Assembly: GCA_030295235.1 (NCBI GenBank)
Contig: AP026123.1
Coordinates: 2,170,001-2,234,000, forward strand
Source of the DNA: Fistulifera solaris
Lineage: Eukaryota
DNA length: 64,000 bases
Reading direction: 5' to 3'
Shown here: positions 24,422 to 36,400 of the stretch, piece by piece
Position numbering within the stretch: the first letter of the stretch is position 1
How the letters are laid out: the number at the start of each line of letters is the position of its first letter
The notes under the pieces: generated by a model
Databases searched by the model: none
The model's input: only the letters and a program-made list of their open reading frames with translations
Told to the model about the DNA's origin: nothing
Position numbers and translations under genes: made by a program

Positions 24422-24860
24422 GCTTGTTTCTTTCTAGTTCTTGTCACCACAAAGCATAACTGCAAAATCAATCAATCGCTAGATAGGAAGATACTATTAT
24501 TCGCACTTCCGTTTCAATCTCCCCCAAACGAAGAAGATATATATTTTGCGGTTTGTCAATCGTCGCAGAAAAAAATTGAGTGGTGCTTATTGCCGAAGGA
24601 GGAGCGTGAGTACCGGTAGGGTCAATCAATCGTTATGTGTAGATCGTCACACAAAAGTAAATACTCCTATTTTATACCGGTACGATCGTTTTGGTTTTCG
24701 AAAGGAGGAGCCGACGAAAGCCGAATGCGGTCTATGCGAAGATTATTCGTTTTATTTCCGAACGAATGATGTGTTATTGTGAGTTGTGACGATGAATCAA
24801 AGAGAATAAGAACGTCCTCTTTCAGTAATTGATTTGAAGGACATTTATCAACTAGATAAG

Positions 24861-26375
24861 ATGATGATGTTCCATCGTCACATTGTTTGCCAGGATGATT
24901 TGAAAGTTAGCTTGAAAAGGCCGCTTCTTGCGACGAACCGGCCGTCACTACTTTATTCTCCTTTACGACAGGTTGTGATAGTAATCATGGCTCTTCTCTT
25001 CGTCGCGAGTTTACACATTAATTCTTTACGCAATAACAAGATAATAACAACGGCAGCTTGCTCACCCAAATACATTCATATGGCTCAACGCAACAATGTG
25101 AACGAACAAGGACGTGTTTCCATGACCCTCTCATTTGCCATCGATCGACAGTGTCATGTGACTCCTCTCATTCATTACGGTCGTTCAAACGAAGACGAGA
25201 CGGTTCTCGTAGTCCAAGAATGGCCTCAACAGTTCAATTACACGTCGACGAACGGAACTTTTTACAGTGATGGTTGGTATCACGTCGAACTGCCAAACCT
25301 GGTGGCAGGGGACGAAGTCTACAGGTATCAAATTGCTATCCCAGGAACGACCCAATCTCCACCGACGACGTTCCGTACACCACACTTACCGGGACAGCCT
25401 ACAGCTTTTGCAGTGGTAGGAGATTGGGGTCAAACGGAACACTCCCTTCGAACGATGCAAAAGATTTTGAATGCGACACAACTCACACAACTCATCGTCG
25501 CGGGTGACATGTCGTACGCGGACTCCGATCCGCAACGATGGTTGTCGTGGTTTGAGCTCATGGAACCTTTGTTGAGGACCTTACCAACGCATGTGGCGGT
25601 CGGAAATCACGAAATCGAATGCGATACAGTGACGCGCGATATCTTTGTACCGTACGAACATTACTTCTACAATCCCAATCGCGTGAAGGACGCTGTTACG
25701 TATCCCATCACGCCCGAGTATACAAATTCGTTGTGGCAAAAGAGTTGTTCGACCCCGAGTGAATTTTTGGGGTACTATGTGTACGGCAATTCCTTTTATG
25801 CCTATCGGCACGGTTCGGTACACATCATTGTCTTGAATTCGTACACTTACTCGGGCGTCGGTTCCGAGCAATACAATTGGTTGCAAGAGGAACTGCAAAC
25901 ACGTTTCGATCGAACCGTCACACCGTGGTTGATGGTCGTCTTTCACTGTCCGTTGTATACCACATTCGAGAGTCATGTCGATGAAGTGCAATCGCGAACG
26001 ATGAAACACGCGATGGAACCTCTGTTTGTCAAATACGGTGTCAACTTTGTGATGTCGGGACACGATCATGCGTATCTACGAACCAAATCCATGAAATACG
26101 GTCACGTCGATTCGACTCAACAGTCTCCCATCTATTTCATTGTCGGTGCCGGTGGCAATCGGGAAGGTCATCCACACGGATACCTTCACAACTATCCCGA
26201 AGTCTGGGTGGCCAAACGAGCCATGGTCGATTGGGGTTACGGACAGTGGTGGTTTCCGAATGCTACGCATGCGCATTTCGCGTGGATTCCGGATGGTTTC
26301 GAGGGAGACGACACGGGGGATGATGTCTGGTTTGTCAATCCACACGTCGTTTCGCAACAAGTGTCTTTTTCGTAG
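24861..26375 (+). CDS. Purple acid phosphatase (metallophosphoesterase)
   Basis: All five PAP motifs are present (GDWG, GDMSY, GNHE, VVFH, GHDH), plus an N-terminal hydrophobic anchor. Confidence 0.92.
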   Translation: MMMFHRHIVCQDDLKVSLKRPLLATNRPSLLYSPLRQVVIVIMALLFVASLHINSLRNNKIITTAACSPKYIHMAQRNNVNEQGRVSMTLSFAIDRQCHVTPLIHYGRSNEDETVLVVQEWPQQFNYTSTNGTFYSDGWYHVELPNLVAGDEVYRYQIAIPGTTQSPPTTFRTPHLPGQPTAFAVVGDWGQTEHSLRTMQKILNATQLTQLIVAGDMSYADSDPQRWLSWFELMEPLLRTLPTHVAVGNHEIECDTVTRDIFVPYEHYFYNPNRVKDAVTYPITPEYTNSLWQKSCSTPSEFLGYYVYGNSFYAYRHGSVHIIVLNSYTYSGVGSEQYNWLQEELQTRFDRTVTPWLMVVFHCPLYTTFESHVDEVQSRTMKHAMEPLFVKYGVNFVMSGHDHAYLRTKSMKYGHVDSTQQSPIYFIVGAGGNREGHPHGYLHNYPEVWVAKRAMVDWGYGQWWFPNATHAHFAWIPDGFEGDDTGDDVWFVNPHVVSQQVSFS

Positions 26376-27200
26376 TGTAGCGAGTGCGGGTTAAGGCAGC
26401 TATCTTATCGAAAACAAGACCTTTCTCGCCCAGAGAGACTGTTATCGAATCAACGGATTTGACGTGTTAAATTCTCAGGGCAAGTCGATTGTACCTCATC
26501 GAGTGGCAAGACTGGGTCAACTTCTACAGGCTTTCCGATCAAGGCATGAGGAAGTAGCTCTTGCATCAATGAAGGAGTCTAACACTAGCAATTGAATTCC
26601 TGGTAAGCTCTCGCTCTAGCTGAAGCGCTTGAATGCGTAACGGCTGGAAACGTCTAAACTACAAAAAAAGGTATAGTAATTTCAACTTCAAGTCACGAGT
26701 GAGGAGGAAATAGGAAAACGCGACTGAAACTGTGAAAGAATGCTCGTCCTCGATCGCGATGAGAAAAGAAAAAAAGCACCACAAAACGCCTAGACTATGC
26801 AATTATTCTTTCATAAAAATTCTTGTTGAGCTCAAAACGCATCGGGTTCGTTCGACAGCCATTCTTTTGCATCAGTTTGCTTAAAAGTTCGCCGGAATCT
26901 TTGAGCTTGTCTACATTGTGCACTGAAAGTGTGTAGGAGCGGGCTTTCGTAGGAGCAAGAAACATCATTCATCGAATCAAGCGCGCTGGTCCCAGAATGC
27001 GGAGAAGGATCAATTGCTTGCGACTAGGGACTTGTTTGTATCATTCATTTGTAACGAACTTTGATCGATTATCTCATTCCGATGAGCTCTAAGCAGACGG
27101 CAAACGTGGAGCCTCGGAAATCACGACGTGTGTCAGCGGAAACGATTCCGTTGGTCACTCCCGCTGCAGGTTCACCCAGCAACGAGGGAGAGCGTCAAAA

Positions 27201-28292
27201 ATGGACCCTGCCCAACCACTGCGCCTACTCCTTCACGCCGCAAAGTGCGAGGACGATCGATGCCCTGATAAAGAGTGCGCCGGAACGAAGCGACTGTGGC
27301 AACACATCGAGGAATGTCAGGAGGAGAATTGTCCTTTCTCGGATTGCGTCGTCTCTCGTCGCGTTTTAAAGCACTATTTACAATGCAAAAATGCGCAGTG
27401 TTTTATATGTGATCGGAAATCCAGTCGTGAGCCAGCGGCCCAAAAGCGGCACCTTTCCACAGAATCCTCGATGCCGCAGCCAGCGGCGAAAAAACGTACT
27501 TTGCAGCAATCCGCCAAAGCTCAGTCCTCGATCCAAGAAGAGGACGGGAAAGGAGATACAATGCCGGATCAACAGCAGCAACCAGTGGAGACCGGAAAAC
27601 AGGCTTCGGTGCATCAAGAACAACCAGCGAAAGAGGAGACTTCTGTCCAAGAAGCCGAGGAAGCCGAAGAGGAAGGCGATTCAATCCATCAACCAGCGAA
27701 AGCGGATGAACAAGAGTCGCTACAACAACAAGCAGCGGAAGCGGAAGGAGATGCGATTCACCAGAAGCAACCGCCATCAAAAGCTGGAAAACAGACTTCG
27801 ATGCAGCTACAGCAACCAGTGACTTCGGATGAAGAGGCCTCGATGCAATCAAAAGCAGCGGAAGCGGAAGGACGTACAACGAAGCAGCAACAATCCGTCG
27901 AAGCTGAAGAACAGTCTTTGCTGCAACAGCCAACGAAAGCACTTGAACAGGATTCGATGACAGAACAGGTAGGGGTGCAGCAGAAACTGATTCAGAAGCC
28001 GGGCGTAAACTGTCAAGCGTGGAATAAAGGCCAAGGGGCAGAACAGGTTCTGATGGAACAAAAACATGCAATGAAACAGGTTCTGATTCAGCAGCAGAGT
28101 TCGGAATGCCAGGTAATGATGCAACAGCAGCAGTTAGCGAAAGCAACACGACAGGCGCTGATGAAACAAGCACAGCATGAAGGAAACCAGGCTTCGATGC
28201 AACGGCTGTATAGTCGTGGCGTTGAGATTGTTGTTGGCCCAGTGCTGATAGAGATTGCGGAGTCAGGCTCAATCAGGATTTCATACCCGTGA
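27201..28292 (+). CDS. TAZ zinc-finger protein with Gln/Glu-rich repeat tail
   Basis: LLLHAAKC...C...C...KRLWQHIEEC...C...C..SRRVLKHYLQC...C..C, followed by about 280 aa of Q/E/A-rich degenerate repeats. Confidence 0.8.
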   Translation: MDPAQPLRLLLHAAKCEDDRCPDKECAGTKRLWQHIEECQEENCPFSDCVVSRRVLKHYLQCKNAQCFICDRKSSREPAAQKRHLSTESSMPQPAAKKRTLQQSAKAQSSIQEEDGKGDTMPDQQQQPVETGKQASVHQEQPAKEETSVQEAEEAEEEGDSIHQPAKADEQESLQQQAAEAEGDAIHQKQPPSKAGKQTSMQLQQPVTSDEEASMQSKAAEAEGRTTKQQQSVEAEEQSLLQQPTKALEQDSMTEQVGVQQKLIQKPGVNCQAWNKGQGAEQVLMEQKHAMKQVLIQQQSSECQVMMQQQQLAKATRQALMKQAQHEGNQASMQRLYSRGVEIVVGPVLIEIAESGSIRISYP

Positions 28293-28471
28293 ATAGCGAT
28301 TGTAGTATCATTTCATATCATTTGTGTATTATCGATTAGGTGTTTGTTTAGTATAATTCATTAAACACAAGAGCATTATCGAAAATGGTACGCATACGAG
28401 CTATGATTTGCTAGCATGTTTCTCTCGTTCTGCGTAGAACACTAATCTACGTCTAGTCCTCTCTAGCATTT

Positions 28472-29978
28472 CTAGCTTTGGTTCGACTCGAAATCTTTGG
28501 GCAACCAATCCATCATTTTGTTGATTGCCTTATTCAAACCATTCTTTTCTACCATACGCTTTTCATCTCCTCGCCACTCGGGATTGCTATCCCATGTAAA
28601 CCACGACACAGCATGGAACCGATCTCCCTGGAACACATCACGTCCGTGTAATGCACGGTAATTATCAACCAGCAATACATCTCCGGGTTCCATCGACAAG
28701 GCGGTAATGTGCTTTTCCGATGCACGTTTGATTTCTTGACAATCCTCCAACGAGAGCGGTTCCATCGTATCCGCATAAAAGACTTCAGTCATACCGACTT
28801 CCGGAACACCACACGGACGTCGATCCCGAAGTTTTCGTGCATGATTGTGAGCATTGTTGAACCATACCGGAAGTCCTGTCACCGGGTGGCGGTTAATGGG
28901 TGATTCGGCAGTTTCGACGGCCTTTACCAATGAAAGAAAACACGTGAGTCAACCAGACCAACAAATCACAAGGCAACTACTATACCATCCAGACACTCAC
29001 CTGCAAACGCCCCGGTTTCCCATCCGCTTCGTAAATCATTTCCAAATCCATATCAAACTTGGGCGCCACCGCCGCATCCACCACACTCTTAAACCCTTCT
29101 TTCACAAATCCCGGCAATGCCGGCGGCAAATCCAAATTACTGACACTGATCCGAATTTGTCGCTCATACAATTTTTCCAACAATTTCGTATCCAATTCGG
29201 CCAAAATGGCGGCTCCGTCCGCCACCAAGAAACGACCACCTCCTTCGGTCGCCTTTTGAAACACACAAAGGCTGCATACGCCGCCGTTCGTTTCGTGGTC
29301 GATTCACAATGCAATCCAATGTAATGCTGTCGCAGACTGGGTTTATTGACTTCTTCGTACAAGGCATCCCGTTCGGAAGCGAATTTGCGCAATCCGGACG
29401 AATGCAAGGGATCCAAGCACGGATCCAAACCGAGGGCTTCGTGCATTTCTCGAAAGCCTGAAACCGATTTCATCAAATCAAAGCCGCGCAACCAAATGGC
29501 GCCGTGTTTGAGTAAGTCGGAACGAATTTGTTCCTTATTGTTCGCAAAATACGCGGCTCCGGCTTGATTGTCGGCGTCCGACGCACGGATTTCGAGGGGA
29601 CAGTGCGGTACTTTGGCGGCTTCTTTTTGAGCTTGCACAATATCGATGCTGCGAAAAGAGTAGATCAGTGAGTAAGAAATGAAGAACGGAAAGAGCAACG
29701 CCATTCGACACGTACTTTTCGGTATTCCATCGCGTCAGAGGACATTCCCACATCCCCGACAAATCAGGCTTGTTCATATCACTCTTCATGAATTCTTCCG
29801 GTAATAATCCGGGTCGATCTTCCCATTCCGGCATGTAACCGGCATCGGGAGCGACGCGTTCGGGGACGATCGTGGTGGCTTGTAAAGAAGTGATGACGGT
29901 CGTTGCACGAGGAACAACAAACGCCGTGACGGCAGGTGCGGTCAAAACAGCGCACAAGGTAGCTAGAGAGTATTTCAT
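28472..29978 (-). CDS. Plastid-targeted TauD/TfdA (clavaminate synthase-like) Fe(II)/2-oxoglutarate dioxygenase, with 2 introns
   Basis: Signal peptide plus VTAFVV cleavage motif; LLKHGAIWLRGF, IGLHCE, PVWFNNAH, GDVLLVDNYRALHGR. Introns near 29650-29714 and 28923-29000. Confidence 0.85.
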
Positions 29979-30293
29979 AGTTGCTATTGTTGTGTTGTTG
30001 AAGAACGAGAGTATTGAATGGAATGAATAAATCAAGAAAGATTTACCCTCGGCTTTTCGTCTTCGTTGTTGTTTTGTTGCCAATCCGATCCGTCGCGAAG
30101 GTTTCGAGTCAGAAATAGCGGGTGAAAGAGTACAAGGACGTCATCCAGTCACCCGGAACTTGAAGTCGAGAGGTATCTCGTAGCAACGACGGACGGACGC
30201 GGATGACAGACCTACGAATAATGTGCGTTGTTGCATCATCGATCGGCATTCGCATCGTTCGTAGGTTCATTCATTCCTATCATACAATTCAAA

Positions 30294-31920
30294 ATGACAC
30301 AACTTTCATCGTTTCGAGAGATGCTGTTGCTATGCGCGCTCCTGTTGGCGACCGGAGACGCCTTTGTCGTGCCGACGACGCGGTTATTGCGACAAACGGC
30401 TTCACAACGGATGATGTTTCCGGAGATGATGGCCGATTTCACACAAGCCGCATCATCGTCCCAGCTCTTATCGTTCACGGATCAAGGCCAAAATCTTGCC
30501 GGAATTTTCTTTCAAGCCTCCTTGTTGCCCTATTTGCTCTTTCTGTATTTTTTTACAATTCCGCGGCAATCGGTTGAATGATACCGCGAATTTGGGCTTT
30601 CAGTACGTGTTGTTGTTTGTGATTAGTACGATTCCGTCCGGCATTGTCAGTCGGGCCGTCTACGGGACATCATTGGCGAATGTCGATTATTTGCACGGGG
30701 GAGCGGAATCGTTATTGACCGTGGCGAATGTTCTCATTGTACGTAATAGAAGGAATGGAGTTTTGATGTTCGTCCGACGATTCTCACCTTCTTTATCAGG
30801 TTCTAGGTCTCAATTCCGCCATGACACAACAAGAAACAAATCACAGCAAATCACGGAACATTGCGTTGGCAATCGCTGCCGCGTTTACGGGATGTTTGGT
30901 GGCCGGCCCGCAATTGTTGTCGGACCCTCATACTCCCTTCTTGGCCGGAATTGGCAATTTACCCACCGAATGGGTGCAGCAGTTGCCCTTTGTCTTTCAC
31001 AATGAACCCGACAATGCACTCTCCATTCCAACGTGGGCGATTCACTTTTCGTCCGTCTTTGAGTACTTGTTCGCCATGAATTTGGTCTGGCAGTACGCGG
31101 AAGTGACGCAGAACGAGAAATGGAAAGGATTGACGTGGGGCATGCTGCCCTTGCACGCGTCCGGTATTTGTGCTTGTACGTATCACTTTTTCTACAACGA
31201 CCCCAGCTTGCAATTTGTCGTGACCAGTCAAGCCGGTTTGACGCTTTTGGGCAACTTGACGTGCATGATTGCGGCCTTTCGCTTGGCCCGCAGCAATGGA
31301 TGGACGGTGGATGAAATCAATCCGTTTCCCAAGAATCCCACGAGTCCGACGGGGTTGGTGGCCGATGGGATTGCCGCTATGCCGCTACAAACCAAACCCA
31401 TTGAACAGTCCAATGTCGAACTGGCGGCCAAATTGGCCGGTGCGACATTAGTGTCGTCATATCTCATGAAATACGGTGAATTGGGATTGGATGTGCCTTT
31501 CACAGTAAATCCGGCTATAGCGACCGCTATGATTGTGGGAATTCCGGCTATTACGGCTTATCAATACTACAGGAAATCGAGTGGCGGGGAAGGATTCAAA
31601 ATGCCGTCGATGGGAGATTCGGGATTGTCGATGCAAGATGTTAAAAAGTACGGCTTGGCGGGGACTCTGGCGTATGTTTTGACCGAGCTCGCCTTTTGGA
31701 TTGTCGCCTTCCCTGTAGCAGGAACAGCATTGTACCAATCCACGGGCCACTGGCCCGATGTGTTCAACGACAACACCGACCGCGCAGCGGTCCTGGCCTT
31801 ATCTTTGCTGGAGCAAATATTGCGAGGGCGTTTGTTCCTGTCCGTCTGGGTGCCGCTTTAGCCTTGGCACCGTGGGTAGATGAAAATATTCTTAGTCGAA
31901 TGAATAAGTCGTCGGATTAA
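30294..31920 (+). CDS. Plastid-targeted membrane protein: DUF3593 + DUF2499 (Ycf49-like) + DUF1279/FAM210-like tail
   Basis: GDAFVVP presequence; SLLPYLLFLY...SLANVDYLHGGAESLLT; NALSIPTWAIHFSSVFEY...ACTYHFFYN; VKKYGLAGTLAY. Intron near 30739-30799; frameshifts near 30555 and 31800. Confidence 0.8.
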
Positions 31921-32482
31921 AATAACGACCAACACTAACGTGGTTGAATACAAAAAAAAATAAAAGCCTTAGTTTTCATTGACACTAGTGCGGGGTCTTT
32001 TTTGGGATGTGGGCAGGCCTTAGAGGCTTAGAGGACTTGAGGCTACAGTAAAGGCTAAGGCTAGTCTACTACTACCTACTACGTACTTTTTACGAACATA
32101 AACATACTACGGAGTACTCCGTACGATTTTTTGATACGACCCATACCAGTATGGCTCCAAAGCCCAAAGGACAAGGCTTCCCTACTCTCTATAATCGCAA
32201 CTTGGCAGTCTCTCTAGCCAAATGGCAAACGGGCTACGGGCTTTGCTCTTGCTGTTTTGCGTTTTTAGCTTTTCATAAATTTTTGGCGTCCGGTCTTCGT
32301 CTTTACGTTAAAAAAGAATACTGTACCTGGTAAGATGAAAAGTTGGTTGCGTTGCTGGTCCCAAGTCCCAAGTCCCAAACTGCAAACTTCGTCCAAGATT
32401 TCCAAAGTCCCAAGCCCGCAAACCGCATACGTATTAGTAGGCAATAAATACGTAGTTAAAATTTAAAATAGTAAAAAGGTTA

Positions 32483-32842
32483 CAGTCTAGTCGCTATAAC
32501 CGGGATAATATTAACCGGGATGTTCGGTATAACCGGGATGAATTCAGGGCGTGCACCCCATTTATCCTGAACCTTAAATCAATAACTAATATCTGTTAAC
32601 TTATCGTAACAACGAGACTGTTTGATCATCAAATATCCACCCAAGCATCATCTAAGTATCTAAATACGCTATAATCAGGCTTAAAAAGGTCACTTTGGTT
32701 CTTCCTAAGCCGGAGTTGACCTTAAACTGACGGGTTGTATGGGGCTCTAACGAGGGACAGACGGGTCGTTATAACCGGGATGGTCTATAACCGGGATAGA
32801 TCCTCGTCTCGCACCCCCGTCCCACTTATACCGACTAGACTG
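32483..32842. mobile_element. 360-bp non-autonomous Tc1/mariner(pogo)-type MITE
   Basis: Terminal inverted repeats CAGTCTAGTCGCTATAA and TTATACCGACTAGACTG (1 mismatch), flanked by TA at 32481-32482 and 32843-32844; internal TAACCGGGAT x5. Confidence 0.85.
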
Positions 32843-33460
32843 TACTCCACCTTTATCCTTTATCCTTTATCTGTCATCCGTCGTCAAGGGTCAATAAGGG
32901 TCAACCGCGAAACGGGAACGCTTTTCTGGCAAGTGACAATAGGGCTTTGTTCTTCATCCTTTGCTCTTTTGCACAAATACGGACAAATTCGAAGTCAAAC
33001 TTTAAGAGCGTACCTGGTACCTGGTAACGGACTCCATACTCCATACTCCATCCGCGACCTATGCCCACGCCCAATGCGCAATGCCCAATTGTCAATTGTC
33101 CATGAGACACCTGTTCGATAGGGTACATGTTACATCTACAGTTCTGTATACTGGTTACATTGATTCGGTGCCTGCTTTTTTTGCTATGGGTTTGTACTTT
33201 GTACACTAAGTTAATAAGCTCGCAAGGCGCAGTGTGATGTGATTGCTTGTAAACTGTGACCAGGCCCAACGGCCCCATGCCGCCACGCCACCACGAAAAA
33301 CCGAAAAAGTGCAAATTTCCCCGTCCATTCCGATTCCGCCCCATTCCGCTGTCAACGCTAAAGTTGTCACACTTTTTTCAGCGCCACTAGCCGCCGAACC
33401 AATTTTGTGATCTTCCATAGACCAATTCAATTTTTATAGAAACAAAAAGACAAAACCAGC

Positions 33461-36400
33461 ATGATTGAAGACAGTGATCACTCGTGGAGCGTCGACTGCG
33501 GCGAGTCGTCGGATGGTGATATTCGCTCTCACGGTACCGATACCCTTGAAAAGGAGAGGGCCGAAGAAGCTGCTGTCGCCGAACTGACTCGTCGTGAGAC
33601 GAGAGGCGTGCAAATGTGGAGAGCTTTCACGTTACTTACTCTAGTTGCCGTATCTGTGGCGGTGTCGACCATCACTTACCGCCTGTTGCAAAATCAGGAC
33701 GTTGAAGAGTTCCAAGACAGCGTAAGTATCCCTTCAGTCCATTAGCGTCGCCATTGCCGACTCCTGTCACCACAGTATTCTCACTTGATCCATGCAGTAC
33801 GTATACTTCGCATCAGCAATCCAGAATGCTATCGAAACACACATTGAAGACGTCTTTAGTGCAGGCGAACTGGTTTCAGTGCAAGTCACCAAGGCGTCGA
33901 TCGAAAAGAATGAAAGTTTCCCGTTCGTCACTTTAGACTTGTTTGAAATCATCGGCAGCCAAGCCAGGAAGCTGTCAGGTGTTGACGAAATCATATGGAG
34001 TCCCATGGTTGCAGCAGAGGACTACGATGCGTGGACGATTTACTCAACAGAGAACATTGGTTGGTATAACGCGTCGATAGGACTATACGTTCCCGAATCG
34101 GAAGATTCCGAGGACTTGGGAAACGAAGAAGAAGATGAGGGCGAAGAAGAGGAAGAAGATGATCGCAAGCTTGAAGGGTACGATTTCTCTGATACCACTT
34201 ACAGTATTTCCAGTCCAGGCGAAGACCAAAATGCTGGGCCTGGTCCGTGGGCGCCCGCGTGGCAAGTATCTCCTCCACCGCCCGGATCACACATCATCAA
34301 TATTGATATGTATGCTTATGGAACGAAAATGGTGGAGGAAGCAGTTGATGAATTGCGTATGGGATTAATGACGGAAGTGATTGCTACCCCCGGCGCAGAG
34401 AACGTACCTCCGCGCTGCGTAGTAGTTGAGCCGGTCTTCGAGCATTTGCTTGACGATTTAACGGCTCCGATCGTGGGCCACATCTACAGCACGTTTTCTT
34501 GGGATTCGTATTTGGTTGGTTTGCTCCCCGAAGGTGTCTCTGGGATCAATGTATTTTTGATGAACACCTGTGGTCAAGCATTCACTTACGCCATCTCTGG
34601 AAAATCGGTACGTCTCGAAGTGGATCCATCGTACAGGCGCTGGTGTATCAGACCAAATCTAAGCACTAACTCCATTGCACCTTTTAAGGTCGAATTCGTT
34701 GGTAACGGTGATATGCACGATGCCCGTTACAATCACATGGAAATTGTTATTCCTTTCTATGATGATGAGGCGGACGACCAAGGAGATATCGATCAAATTG
34801 AAGGGCATTGTGTTTATGATCTACACATCTATCCACCTTGGGCTTTGCCGAACAATACAATACTTCAAACCCACTAAAGGCAACCACAATGCTAGCGTTT
34901 GCGTTTGCATTCATGATAACGGCGTTCATCATGTTCGATACTTTCGTCGTTCGAAGAAACCGCAAACTGTTGATTGCAATGACCCGAACAAACGCGATTG
35001 TGTCGTCGTTGTTTCCCTCCACCGTGCGCGACCGCATCTTCGCCCAGGCCAAACACGAGAACGAGGAAAAGAAGGCGCTGAACGAAAAGAGTCGTTTGAA
35101 GACGTTTCTATCGGATGGAAACGATCGGGACAACGAGATGGGCGAAGGAAACGATGAATACATGTACAAGACAAAACCCATTGCTGATCTTTTCCCAGAA
35201 ACCACAATTTTATTCGCAGGTAGGTACTCAATGTGAGCAGCGTATCATGAAACGAGCAGCACGAGCCTATTCAGTCGAGTCGCTAACAAAACACCTCCTC
35301 CTGTACCTCTCGCAATAACAGATTTGGCAGGTTTCACAGCATGGAGTTCCATGTGAGAGCCGACGCAAGTGTTCATTCTGTTGGAAACTATTTACAAGGC
35401 CATGGATGACATTGCCAAGGCTCGTCGAGTGTTCAAGGTCGAGACTGTGGGCGATTGTTATGTTGCCGTAACCGGTCTACCTGATCCTCGAAAGGACCAC
35501 GCCGTGGCCATGTGTCGTTTCGCAATAGACTGCGTTCAAAAGATGGATGTATTGACACGAAAACTGGAAGTGATTCTCGGTCCCGATACAACAGATCTCA
35601 AGATGCGAGTCGGTTTGCACAGCGGCCCTGTGACGGCCGGTGTTCTCCGTGGTGAGCGTTCGCGGTTCCAGCTGTTTGGTGACACTATGAACACAGCTAG
35701 CCGGATGGAATCCAATGGACTGCCTGGAAAAATCCATATTTCCCAAGAAACTGCGCGGCTTTTAATCGCGGCGGGCAAGGAACATTGGGTGATTCCGCGC
35801 GAGGAGAAAAATTATTGCAAAAGGAAAAGGAGAACTGCAAACATACTCGCTTGTCACCACAAAAGCCTCGAACCATACGCAAAGTGAAACAGCGTCGAGC
35901 GAAACCTCCGGCGAAGTAGGCGGAAGTAATATGCTTGCTGGTGCAGCTTACGATATTGTTATTCCGGAGATAGACGAGAAAACAGATCGACTTGTAAAGT
36001 GGAACGTGGAAGTCCTTGCAGCGCTGCTCAAGAAAGTGATTGCCCGCCGCAAAGATGTCGTGAATACCATAGAATCTGCCCCCAAAACAAATGCTTCCAA
36101 ATTTACATCAACGCCGTTGGAAGAAGTTCAGGAAATCATCCATTTGCCGGTCTTCAATAGAGGAAATGGGGCCGACACGACAGAAGAAGATCTCGGCGAT
36201 GTCGTCATAGAGCAGCTAAGAGAGTATGTTTCTGCGATAGCATCCATGTATCGCAACAACCCGTTCCACAACTTCGAACACGCGTCACACGTCACCATGT
36301 CCGTGGTCAAACTTCTCTCTCGTATCGTGGCACCCGATGTCGACGCGGTCAACAATGATTTGGAATCAACCTTGCACGACTACACATATGGAATCACATC

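Noticed and set aside
27403..28272. 289-aa antisense ORF
   Set aside because: Shadow of the Gln/Glu-rich repeat gene on the plus strand; low complexity and no motifs.
32490..32800. TAACCGGGAT repeats as a CRISPR-like array
   Set aside because: Repeats are about 10-12 bp with 3-8 bp gaps, lie inside TA-flanked TIRs, and there are no cas genes in this eukaryotic context.
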